From Albugo candida (taxonomy: Eukaryota), in NCBI GenBank assembly GCA_040437565.1, contig JBDOQK010000005.1, forward strand, positions 496,001 through 560,000: 64,000 bases of DNA, given 5' to 3'. Under the pieces are notes generated by a model. It was given only the letters and a program-made list of their open reading frames with translations, was not told the origin of the DNA and made no database searches. Positions 39,468 to 50,862 of the stretch are shown here, in pieces; position 1 is the stretch's first letter; every line of letters begins with the position of its first letter. A program made the translations under genes and the position numbers.

Positions 39468-42073
39468 ATGGCAAGTTCGGCTGCCTACACTTTTTCATTT
39501 TACATGATCCTTTGTTTGGTGCTTTTGGCGGGGATTTTGTATCATTTTGTATTCAGGCGGAAATCTCGCGATGCATTTCTTCGACACGAAACTACTGCAG
39601 GAGAGACAATGCTACGTCAAGATGTGATCGCAAGGTACACGCTTTTCACAAGCACCGTCCATAATGCTAGAGCTTAATGTCGCTACCTAGTGACCAGGAA
39701 ATGAACAATTTGTGGAACTGTGAAGTTTGTTTTTTCAAGAGTTATGCTGCTCACAAGACGTGCATGCTGTGTGGCACCGATCAAAGTAGGGTCATCGATT
39801 ATTTGTTCTTATCTGCTCTCTCACGTACGTTATGTTGATCAGCATTCAAATTGATGGAAACTCATGGAGTTCATCAAAAACCAAAAGGAATCAAGCCACG
39901 CTTCGATGAGAAATCTAGCACACAAATATTACAAGAAGAAAACACAGAATCTCTCGCACCAATTTCTCATGTCAAAATGAAAGCTCGACTTTCAAAAACT
40001 CAGCTTGAAGAAAAAATCAATTTGCTGAGCTTGCGTCAGCAATCCGCTAGACGTCGCCATGACTGGACGAGGGAAAAGGATGAACAGGGCAAGCTAGTTT
40101 GGCAGCGCCAAAAGCATTTTCTTGATCGAGTAATGCTTCGTCAATCCAGAGAGAGGAATAATTCCGTGCACTCGGCTCGGTCTCAAAACTCAAGGTCTTC
40201 CGGTAGTAGCAGTTCAAGTATAAACTCACTTAGTATCGTATCTCGTATCGTTCCATCACCTCAGCAACGGAATGGGAGATTAGAATTTGAATCAGCAGAA
40301 GGCGCTGTGGCTAAGACTACCACAGAAGACTTTGAAGAAGAGGTTGAGAGTCTATACAAACTCCCATTTCAGCAAAAACATGCTTGGTTCGCGCAACACA
40401 TTGCTGCGATGGAAATTCCATGGGAAGTTGGGCATTTTGTTTTAGAAGTAGATCGGTCGAATCTATTGCATGATTCATGCGAACAGCTGCTATGGGCTAC
40501 ACCAGAACAATTACACCAGCCATTACGAGTTCGATTTACCAATGAGCCTGGTGTGGATGCAGGAGGGCTTGTTCGCGAATGGTTCACATTGATGACATTG
40601 GAGATATTCAATAGTGACGCTGGACTTTTCCAACTGAATGGAAATGGGGATGCATGGATGATTAACGCTGCTTCGGAGGAAGCCAGCGTCGACCATCTTA
40701 TGGTAAGGTGATAGTAATGTGTTGGCGAGCAAGCCATTCACCATTCTTTTTGTAGTATTTCCGAGCGATTGGCCGCTTTATTGGACGAGCAATTTTCGAA
40801 GGGATTCTCATCGATGCCCACTTAGTGCTCTCCATTTACAAGCACATTCTGGGAGTTCCCATCACATTTTCCGACATGCTCTTCATCGACCATGTAGTCT
40901 ATCGTAATTTGCTTTGGCTACGGGATTCTCCTGGCGCTGAAGCTCTGGATCTGACTTTTGCGTACGTAATCGTGGTCAATATTGGTAGCAAGTTAGTTTG
41001 ACGGTTCTTCTTCTTAGTATCCAAGTGGAACAATCTCTGAATCAGTACAAGCTGCTTGAATTGAAGCCGCATGGCGCGGATATTGCCGTGACAGATGAAA
41101 ACAAAGATGAGTATATCGAATTAAGGTTTAAATGGATCATGGCTACTGGAGTTTCACAGCAATTAGCCGCGTTGATTCAAGGCATATTTGCGATCGTTCC
41201 ACCACACATGCTATCCATTTTTGATCATCAGGAATTGGAGCTCTTGATTTGTGGGCTACCGGAAATCGACGTAGAGGACTGGCATTCGCACACGACATAT
41301 GTCGNNNNNNNNNNNNNNNNNNNNNNNNNNNNNNNNNNNNNNNNNNNNNNNNNNNNNNNNNNNNNNNNNNNNNNNNNNNNNNNNNNNNNNNNNNNNNNNN
41401 NNNNTTCTTCTTCTTAGTATCCAAGTGGAACAATCTCTGAATCAGTACAAGCTGCTTGAATTGAAGCCGCATGGCGCGGATATTGCCGTGACAGATGAAA
41501 ACAAAGATGAGTATATCGAATTAAGGTTTAAATGGATCATGGCTACTGGAGTTTCACAGCAATTAGCCGCGTTGATTCAAGGCATATTTGCGATCGTTCC
41601 ACCACACATGCTATCCATTTTTGATCATCAGGAATTGGAGCTCTTGATTTGTGGGCTACCGGAAATCGACGTAGAGGACTGGCATTCGCACACGACATAT
41701 GTCGGTCAGGTCGACGATACAGTTATAAGCTGGTTTTGGAATATCATAAGGGAGTTTACGAATGAAGAACGTTCTAGACTTCTGCAATTTACTACTGGGT
41801 CAGCACGCCCACCAGTTCAAGGCTTCAAAGCACTGACCATGAATGACGGCCGTATCTGTTTATTTTCCATCCAGTGTGTGCAGTTGTCGGATTGTGAGTA
41901 TCCAAGAGCTCACACTTGCTTCAACAGGTATGCTTGTCTTACTACCGTATGCACACAACACTCATGTACTTTTGTGTAGGATCGATTTACCGATTTATGA
42001 AAAAGAGAAAGATTTCCGTCAAGCCATGATGCTTCTACTAGATATGGAGATCACTGGATTCACGATTGAGTAG
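39468..42073 (+). CDS. HECT E3 ubiquitin ligase with N-terminal TM helix and RanBP2-type zinc finger, multi-exon
   Basis: TM YMILCLVLLAGILYHFVF; WNCEVCFFKSYAAHKTCMLCGT (about 39712-39779); NEPGVDAGGLVREWF; LLQFTTGS; catalytic PRAHTCFNRIDLP. Confidence 0.92.
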
Positions 42074-42314
42074 TGATATTCACAAAAGCCGTATTCATCC
42101 CTCATTAGCAGTCACTTGCGCGAACGCTACGGTATCTTTTGTTCCTGATCTGATAATGTTTTAATCGCGAAATCGCTGGAATTTACCTTATTTGATAATT
42201 TCGAAGCTTGGATCCACATTAGACTATACATGCATTTTTGTCTTTCAAAGGCAGACTTCTCACTGCGGTCGTATCTATAGATAGACACTGATACCACCTT
42301 TACTTCTACAAAGC

Positions 42315-43274
42315 ATGTATATTGGCCCTTGGCAAGAATATCGACTCGCCAAGCTTCAGAAACATGCGTTGGAGAAAATTCGAGCAGAAGGAGGTGCTCA
42401 CATTTGCTCGCAGCTTGCAACGCAACAACTGGTTTCTCCGACATGCACTGTTGCGTCTGACGAAACTGCTTCGAGTGGTTCGTCGGCTAAACTGATGGAA
42501 GTGGCCCTTGACCTGGAGATGCAAGAGCGGTACGTCGTATTTCGTAAAGAGGATAGCATAACGCAATTGACTTGATAGTTGTACAGTATTCGTATGCTAA
42601 TGGAGCCATTTATAGCAAAGCTACCGGCACGATTGCTCGGTAAAGGAGGAAAACCATCATCTGCACGCAGCATGGACCAGAATACTAGCCGTTCTACTGC
42701 AAGAAGAAGCAAACCGAGTAAACCAATTGACACACCGAAGAAAGAAGGTGGAAAAAAGACGATGATCTTGAAAAAGCAAGCATCGTTGCCATTGACAAAA
42801 CAGAAAAAGAAGCGGAATTCAGGGGCAATATCTGCTGTCGATAAGCGAAAGCGATTGTATGCGAAATGGATGAAGCCAGCAGAGAGCCCCAAGAAAGACT
42901 CTAATCAAGAAAAAGGCGAGGGAAATATCATCAAAACGATTCAAGATGCAAAGTTGCCATCTTTACAGATACCTTTGCAGTCGGTTGTTTCCGAATGCAC
43001 ATCTCCTTCGTTTTCAGCAGAATTTAGACTTCCACAACTGATACGCTCTCCGTCCATCACACCCAGTTCTCAATACCAACAGTCAACCAAAGTAGAACCA
43101 GCCTGTAAATCCCAAGATCAAGGGTCACGCAGTAATCTTTTCGATCACTTGGATGAGCATGATGAAGATCATGAATCGTTAGTGTCGGAGGAAGAAATCA
43201 ACGCGTTCTTGAATTGGACAGACTGTCTGGCCTCACCATCACAACTCGATCGTGAGATTGCTTTGATGGAGTGA
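42315..43274 (+). CDS. Hypothetical protein, 2 exons, Lys-rich middle region
   Basis: N-terminus MYIGPWQEYRLAKL, a short GT-AG intron near 42530-42586, and C-terminal EEINAFLNWTDCL. Confidence 0.55.
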
Positions 43275-44856
43275 CGTTGTTTTGTTTGTGATCAGCGTCC
43301 GTCATTTTTGCAAAGATTGTGTGCTATATCAATATTATACTACATTGAGCGTGGAGCTTTATACGGTCTTGAGTCTAACAACATATCGCCTTGTTCATGC
43401 TCGTATCGCTTCTAATGCAGCAAATTGTGTCAAATGCTTAGTGCAATTATTGTAGCATCATACCTTTTCTCGCTTACATTCTCCTGTTTGATAACAAGCG
43501 TTCAAAGAGCTACATGGAGACTCTAAATCAACTGCAGTAATGTATGAGAAGACGAAATACTATGACCTATTGAAGCAATAACGCATCACCTTGTCGTGAC
43601 GTAGGCATTGTATCGTGCGTCGCATAATAAGGTTCGGGTATCTGAATCTACGCGAAATTCAATCTTGTCGTCTCTTTAGAATTCAGCTACAATAAGATTA
43701 TTACCAGAGCACCGGGCGCCTTGTAGACTTGACTAAAGTAGGAGGAGCTGGTCGAAGGCCACGAGCTGGAACATATCGAAAGTGTAGATAATGAACTGCA
43801 TGATTTCAATGAACAAGTCATAAATATTGGAAAACACTGCTTGAACGAAGATCGGTCGTCCAGTGCGCGTGGATTGAGATAGCAGTTCTTTATGACAGTG
43901 CTGTTATCACTCGAAATGACCTAATATTATGGTGCATGCATTATCGCGAAGTGAATCCTTCATACATTGATAACTTTCCGTAAATAATGATAATACTTTG
44001 ACTCATATGCGTGATGGCACTGATAATCTTATTACATGCGCGAATGTAGGGAGATCAGCAGCTGGCTACTTGTACACCAGATTAATGATATTACGATACT
44101 TGTGCAAACAAACGACGATTCTGAAGTGGAAAGTCGTCTGTGTATCTCGATCGAATCGATGCGTCCCAACTATAACCCAGTCAGTTCTTGCCCCGGAATC
44201 CTCGAACTTGCCTCGTTGCCCAGAAGTCCTACCTCATCATCTCATTGCAGATCATAAGTAGCATTGAGCTCAGTATCGTGATGCCCCTTCTTGTTCTAAA
44301 TTTCCGACAAAACTGCAAACACAGCAAAGAGCGTTCACGGTATCGAAATTTGAAGGCGAGAAATTACATTTACCATGAAAATTTCTCGCATCCACGCCAA
44401 CATGTTAACATGTCAAAACTCATACACGCGACGGAGAATAGCGTTCAAAAAATGTCAAAAGTCATGTCGAAAGTCAAGAGCAGCACGAGCAATACAATTT
44501 GAAGCCTTGATAACTATCTCAAACTCTTTTGTCTTCATTACGCAATAGTTTGGAAGGAGCGTTAGCGAACGGACAAGAGGCTAAACATGTACGACGAGCC
44601 TACAGCCTTCGGAAAACGACGCATATAAGAAAAGTACAACGTTCAATTGAATGATTTCGGAAGGAAGAGGCATTCGATTACACGTAACCATACAAGCAAT
44701 AGATGCTAAAAATACTCGGATGGCATATAAATATAATCGACATCAAATTGAGCGGCTAATTATACGCTACCGTTCTGAGCAATGGTCATTGTGGATGTCT
44801 GTGTGTATCAGCTTAAATGAACGAGTTCATTGTCAAATTTGTCTTTAGTACCGCAA

Positions 44857-45720
44857 ATGAATATGAACGATCCCTTCGCATCTCTGGACCCTCTTGCTAA
44901 ACCGAAGACAGTCGCCGAACGTCTACTAGACACAAGCTCAAATAGTCGTTGCAATCCTCTACCTGTGCAGTCACCAGATCTAATACACCACGCCAATGCG
45001 AATAGAATGGGCGACGTAGGGATACACGCATATGCCGGAAATATGATCAATCAGGGTCAGCCAAACGCCAACTACAACTATAATAATATGGGTGGAATGG
45101 GAAACATACAGCTTATGGACCACAACATGGCTAATATTCCGATGGCGCAGCCTGTGATGTATGAGAATATCCGAAATTTACTACAGCAAAAGCCAAAATT
45201 AGTGAACATGGAAAGCTCATCATCAATCACACTGGGAGATTCGTCTTTGGACTTTTTGGAAACTCTTGGATCCCCTAGTGGCTTCTCTAAGATAGCAACC
45301 CGCGTTCCAGAAACTGTCAACGACACATTTAGTTCCGAGGTAGTCAGTAATGACGGAAAGAGTATCCAGAATGGAAACGGTTCTTCGAAAGAAAAAAAAG
45401 GAGCTTTGGCTGATCGCCTATCCATTAATCGCCGTATCACACAAGAAGTTCAACGAGCACAACTTCATTTTAGCGCTGATGCTTTCGGATCATCTGAGGG
45501 AACGTCGAAATTGAGTGGGATTGGTCTTAAGAATGCGGCCAAATCACCAAATAGCTTGAAGAAAGTCATGACGGTCGATGAATTCGCAGGGAACGAAACC
45601 ACATATGACTCGGACACTATTTTTGGAGGTGTTGATGTTTTTTCAAGTCAGAACGACAGCTTCCAAGAACCATCGAAATCTTCTGATAGCGTGGCTAGTG
45701 AAAGCGGGCTTCTTTGGTGA
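44857..45720 (+). CDS. Hypothetical low-complexity (Asn/Met/Ser-rich) protein; 3' end repeated as a second haplotype at 45881-46120
   Basis: About 290-aa open frame with NDPF/SLDPL and DAF/DVF short motifs. Confidence 0.6.
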   Translation: MNMNDPFASLDPLAKPKTVAERLLDTSSNSRCNPLPVQSPDLIHHANANRMGDVGIHAYAGNMINQGQPNANYNYNNMGGMGNIQLMDHNMANIPMAQPVMYENIRNLLQQKPKLVNMESSSSITLGDSSLDFLETLGSPSGFSKIATRVPETVNDTFSSEVVSNDGKSIQNGNGSSKEKKGALADRLSINRRITQEVQRAQLHFSADAFGSSEGTSKLSGIGLKNAAKSPNSLKKVMTVDEFAGNETTYDSDTIFGGVDVFSSQNDSFQEPSKSSDSVASESGLLW

Positions 45721-46827
45721 CAATTCTGCGGTGCTATCAACCCTCTTACAACTTGCATCAATACAATGCTAATTTTTATCNNNNNNNNNNNNNNNNNNNN
45801 NNNNNNNNNNNNNNNNNNNNNNNNNNNNNNNNNNNNNNNNNNNNNNNNNNNNNNNNNNNNNNNNNNNNNNNNNNNNNNNNGCTTTCGGATCATCTGAGGG
45901 AACGTCGAAATTGAGTGGGATTGGTCTTAAGAATGCGGCCAAATCACCAAATAGCTTGAAGAAAGTCATGACGGTCGATGAATTCGCAGGGAACGAAACC
46001 ACATTTGACTCGGGTACTATTTTTGGAGGTGTTGATGTCTTTTCAAGTCAGAACGACAGCTTCCAAGAACCATCGAAATCTTCTGATAGCGTGTCTAGTG
46101 AAAGCGGGCTTCTTTGGTGACAATTCTGCGGTGTTATCAACCCTCTTACAACTTCCATCAATACAATGCTAATTTTTATCATAAACTTTATGCGAATTTG
46201 TCGAATTTAATATCTACTTATTTCCACGCTTATTTGCAAAACAACTCGCAATGCAACACTGCGATGAGATTCATCAACGCTGAGTATTATGCTCACTCGA
46301 AAAGTTCAAACTGAGTCAAGTTACTTCGTTGTAGCCTAATATGGCGACACGCATTTCTGCGAGCGACCAGATCGGCGTGCAACAAATAGTGCGGGACAGA
46401 GCATTCATCGTGTGTATCGTTAGACTTTAAACTTCCACCTGAGAAAGCAGATGGACGATACGATGTCTGTGAGGGGGACACTGATCAGTCTTTTTTGTTC
46501 GTACATGCGCATCAAGCATCAGATCAGAGTAAAGTGGAGGCGGCCCACAGGAGCAATCTTGATGACTTAGTTGTGAAAGTGTGATATTGATGACGCTCTC
46601 CTACCGTAATTTTGGTAAACTTTGTATGTGATATCCTAAAGAAGTTTCAGAGCATGATCAGATGGAAGAGCGTAATCACGCATATGCGCTTTTCTCGCCT
46701 TTCTTCACCTATTCTATGGCTAGTCTATACTTGAAGCGTCTAATCCAACAATTGACCTGAATTAGTGATTGTAAGCATTTAAACACATCCTCTCTCTTGC
46801 GTGCGCCATCAACTGCTATGCAAAAAG

Positions 46828-48270
46828 ATGCAGATCCTCCACAATAGCATGCAAGCAAAAGCGTCAGCTTCCCCGCAAACCCCGAATTTTTGCAAATTCG
46901 AGCAAAACAATACTCCACCGCACTCTTTTGAGACTCAATTTAGCGGATCAACGTTCACATCCGAAATGTCATCCAATCATCCTAACACGGCTATCGAGGA
47001 GAGGATCTCTGTAAATAAATCTGGCAATGCCGCTAGCGATAAATACAAAAACGACGATAACAAGGATGGAATTCGACTTGCAGAAGTTGGAGACTGGGAC
47101 AAACTTTTGTCATTGCTTAAAGAACATCCAGAAGTTGCTCGTCAGGTAGATCAACATGGGATGCTTCCATTGCATTGGGCTTGCACAGAAGATCATATTT
47201 CACCACAGATACTGAGGCACTTGCTGATAGCATATCCTGAAGCTTCAATTATCAGAAATAAGGCGCATTATCTTCCCATCCATATCGCCGTCCGATCAGA
47301 TATAACAGAAGAAAGCTTGCAAATCCTGTGTCAAGCTCGACCAAGCGCACTTTTGGAGGAAACAACGTCTGGAAAAACAGCGTTCATGCTGGGCAGAGAA
47401 GCCAATTTAGCGCCGCACCTGCTGAATCTGCTGTGGAATGCTGAACAAGATTGTGCCGACTCTAGCATGACCGATGGAGTGGATGACATCAAGCGGACGA
47501 AAAAAAGTGCTATAGAGCAAATAGAGTCGCTTCGTGGAGGATTTCCGGCAAATTCAAAGCTGGCACCGTTGTCCACTCCATCAGGTGTTGCGACGAGAGT
47601 TCATGCAAAAACATCACTTGATGTGACTGAAGAGAGCTCTGTTGATGACGTACTCAATCGCATCACGTTTTCGGGACCATCTTCACAACCAGTTGCGTTA
47701 GGCGACAACGTTCGACCATCTTCATGCCAGCTTTGTTACCGCAAATTCGGGCTCTTCCGTAGGCGTTACCGATGTTCTCGTTGCCTTACAATGATTTGCC
47801 ACAAGCATGTGGCTGGTAAACTGCAAGTTCCAAATAGAAACAAAAAGCGTGTCTACTGCCAACAATGCTTTGGAAAAGATCGTATTGAATCGCTATTCAC
47901 CCATACCGACAAATCCGAAACAATGGCATTGATTCCAATACGAAGATCTTCCTTAGGCGATGCAATAGGAGACAGCGCAAAAGGTGCACATCATACACTT
48001 ACATCAAGACACATCACAAGCATGTGTTCTGTCGATAATCTGTCCACAACCACGACGGAAAGTGTCGAAATCTCAGTTTTGCACCATCAAATCGGGTTAC
48101 TGGAAGAGCGGAATGAAAAGCTGATCACACGCGTAGCTGATCAAGCGAAGCATTACGACAAAGCCATGGATTTATTAGCCAAGATGATGACAAGAGTAAA
48201 GCAGTTAGAATCTCAAGTTAGCCAGAACCCAGAGCACCACAGTCAACATAGTCGAATGCAGATTATGTAG
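46828..48270 (+). CDS. Ankyrin-repeat, FYVE zinc finger and coiled-coil protein; 3' part repeated as a second haplotype at 48417-48849
   Basis: GMLPLHWAC, YLPIHIAV; FYVE-like CQLCYRKFGLFRRRYRCSRCLTMICHKH...RVYCQQCF; C-terminal heptads. Confidence 0.85.
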   Translation: MQILHNSMQAKASASPQTPNFCKFEQNNTPPHSFETQFSGSTFTSEMSSNHPNTAIEERISVNKSGNAASDKYKNDDNKDGIRLAEVGDWDKLLSLLKEHPEVARQVDQHGMLPLHWACTEDHISPQILRHLLIAYPEASIIRNKAHYLPIHIAVRSDITEESLQILCQARPSALLEETTSGKTAFMLGREANLAPHLLNLLWNAEQDCADSSMTDGVDDIKRTKKSAIEQIESLRGGFPANSKLAPLSTPSGVATRVHAKTSLDVTEESSVDDVLNRITFSGPSSQPVALGDNVRPSSCQLCYRKFGLFRRRYRCSRCLTMICHKHVAGKLQVPNRNKKRVYCQQCFGKDRIESLFTHTDKSETMALIPIRRSSLGDAIGDSAKGAHHTLTSRHITSMCSVDNLSTTTTESVEISVLHHQIGLLEERNEKLITRVADQAKHYDKAMDLLAKMMTRVKQLESQVSQNPEHHSQHSRMQIM

Positions 48271-49373
48271 AGTCGACACAGGTGCATTAATATCAATGTT
48301 GGCGACTAAATGTGGGNNNNNNNNNNNNNNNNNNNNNNNNNNNNNNNNNNNNNNNNNNNNNNNNNNNNNNNNNNNNNNNNNNNNNNNNNNNNNNNNNNNN
48401 NNNNNNNNNNNNNNNNAAACAAAAAGCGTGTCTACTGCCAACAATGCTTTGGAAAAGATCGTATTGAATCGCTATTCACCCACAGCGACAAATCCGAAAC
48501 AATGGCATTGATTCCAATACGAAGATCTTCCTTAGGTGATGCAATAGGAGATAGCGCAAAAGGTGCGCATCATACACTTACATCAAGACACATCACAAGC
48601 ATGTGTTCTGTCGATAATCTGTCCACAACCACAACCGAAAGTGTCGAAATCTCAGTTTTGCACCATCAAATCGGGTTACTGGAAGAGCGGAATGAAAAGC
48701 TGATCACACGCGTAGCTGATCAGGCGAAGCATTACGACAAAGCCATGGATTTATTAGCCGAGATGATGACAAGGGTAAAGCAGTTAGAATCTCAAGTTAG
48801 CCAGAACCCAGAGCACCACAGTCAACATAGTCGAATGCAGATTCTGTAGAGTCGACACAGGTGCATTAATATCAATGCTGGCGACTAAATGTGGGTATCG
48901 ATCGCGCACAAGAGCTTTTAACGTCTGTTTATCGCTATTGCTGAACGTGAAATGCCAAATCTAAATAAACGTACGTAGACCTCTTCTCACGGGTAAATTA
49001 TGCTTCGCCATCGTCATATATCCATTGGTCAAGTTTAAAATTGTCCGCTTTCTGACGTAACAACTCTAAATTCTCCTCGTGTAAAGCTACGAATCAACAC
49101 GTCAGCTAGAATGGATTTGCCAAATCGACCGCCACTTATGACTAGAACCTTGCAGGAATTCCTCCTTTGTTTCTTCATCCTCTCGCCTCTTCTTCTCCAA
49201 GTCTTTCATTTTACGATAGACTACGTACACGTTCCATGAAAATATTCGTCACAGGCTTGTAAACAAAACAGTACCCGATTGCGCGTGGAAACTTTCTTTT
49301 GCCTGTTTCTGCATATCGAGCCTCAGAGAGACGTATTACTGTATATCCCAAAATACCAACGACAAAGGCAGCA

Positions 49374-50798
49374 ATGCCGTCCTGCATCTCGTACGAGTCG
49401 AACGCTTCAGAGTTCATTCAGGACGACTTTCAGCAAACAGCGTCATCATATGGAGGATTTTCTGCTTCTCCGTTACACCAATATGAATCCAGAAATCAAA
49501 ATGGGTCTAACAATCTTCTTACAAGTCGATTTCAAGACGGAGGCAGTAATATCTCGATTTTATCGCTGCCTGAGCCTATCAAGTCGTCTTCTTCCTCTCC
49601 TTCCTCTTCCACCGATTCTAAACGTCCCCAAGCAGGAAAAAAGAGAAAACGCGTTGTTTTATCCATATTTGAAAAGCATCAAGTTCTGCAACGATTAGAT
49701 CTTGGCGAGCAGCCAGTTGTCATAGCTCGAGATTTCGGGATTTCACGGCAGCAAGTATCCGACATCAAGAAGAAAAAGGAAAGTATACTATCGTTCTGTG
49801 TCGATGCGAAACATCTCTCCTCATTACGGAAAAAGACTCTGCGCGGTACACAAAACGACTACCACCCAGGAGTCGAACAAGAACTGTATCGGTGGATTAT
49901 TAGGCAGCGGAAACTGGGTCGAAATGTCACGTCCGATATACTTATGGCTAGAGTTGCAGATTTATTCACGCAATACATGTCGAACGGAGTGATTGGTACA
50001 TTAAATAGGTTCCGATGTTCGTGTGACGGCACAATCAAAATTCAGGCTTCCGAAGATCAGTCCACGTACAGTCTCATACCGTGTGTTTCAATGAAGTACT
50101 CGAATACATCAATTCACAATTGGCTGCGTCATTTTAAAAGAGCACATCGTATCAGACAGTTGAGCGCTGACGAGCTGGCCAAGCTCCCAGAAACATTCAC
50201 GTCAGCAATGGACACATTTGTGATACATGAATCTACCAAACATGAGAACTCTTTTACACTTGCGATAAGTGATTACCGCGACGAGAACGAACTCCTGACA
50301 TCAAATTCGGCATTTTTTGCACCCCAAGCATGGTCCATACAGCCGAACGTTTCCATCTTAACAGAAAGCGTGGAATCTTTGCGTCAAAAGTATTCTACTC
50401 CAAGTCCCTCACAGTGCGACATTATAATGCGTACATGTACCCACCCTGGTGAGAACATACAGAATTGTATGTTTCTTGAAGCGGACGAACCTGTTCCATG
50501 GAGACAGGCTTCATTGTCCAGAGCAATACCTCCAAGATTGACACACACTTCTTCAAGCGCGAATGTTCGGGAAGACGTAATAAATCTTTATACGACTGCC
50601 AATCGGTTTGACAATCCATTATTGTCTTCTCATTTAGTATCCTCATTTACGACAGCCACTGCACCATCTGTCATGACTCGATTTCAGGCAATATCCAAGC
50701 AAATGGAACAACTTGAACGAACAGTGAACAGTAAACTACATTCGCTTGAAGCGCGATTGACAGCACTGAGAAAATCGATGATGAAATCACACAACTGA
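49374..50798 (+). CDS. CENP-B/pogo-type double HTH DNA-binding protein lacking a DDE domain
   Basis: KRKRVVLSIFEKHQVLQRLDLGEQPVVIARDFGISRQQVSDIKK; HPGVEQELYRWIIRQRKLG...NWLRHFKRAHRI; C-terminal coiled coil. Confidence 0.8.
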   Translation: MPSCISYESNASEFIQDDFQQTASSYGGFSASPLHQYESRNQNGSNNLLTSRFQDGGSNISILSLPEPIKSSSSSPSSSTDSKRPQAGKKRKRVVLSIFEKHQVLQRLDLGEQPVVIARDFGISRQQVSDIKKKKESILSFCVDAKHLSSLRKKTLRGTQNDYHPGVEQELYRWIIRQRKLGRNVTSDILMARVADLFTQYMSNGVIGTLNRFRCSCDGTIKIQASEDQSTYSLIPCVSMKYSNTSIHNWLRHFKRAHRIRQLSADELAKLPETFTSAMDTFVIHESTKHENSFTLAISDYRDENELLTSNSAFFAPQAWSIQPNVSILTESVESLRQKYSTPSPSQCDIIMRTCTHPGENIQNCMFLEADEPVPWRQASLSRAIPPRLTHTSSSANVREDVINLYTTANRFDNPLLSSHLVSSFTTATAPSVMTRFQAISKQMEQLERTVNSKLHSLEARLTALRKSMMKSHN

Positions 50799-50862
50799 TA
50801 TCCACAAAACGGAACGTTGATCTGGGACATTGTGCAGCCCGATACATGGCGACAAAACATAT

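Noticed and set aside
46555-46680. TGATGA boxes and a short stem suggesting a C/D snoRNA or U3
   Set aside because: No properly placed CTGA box D with a terminal stem, and no recognisable rRNA guide.
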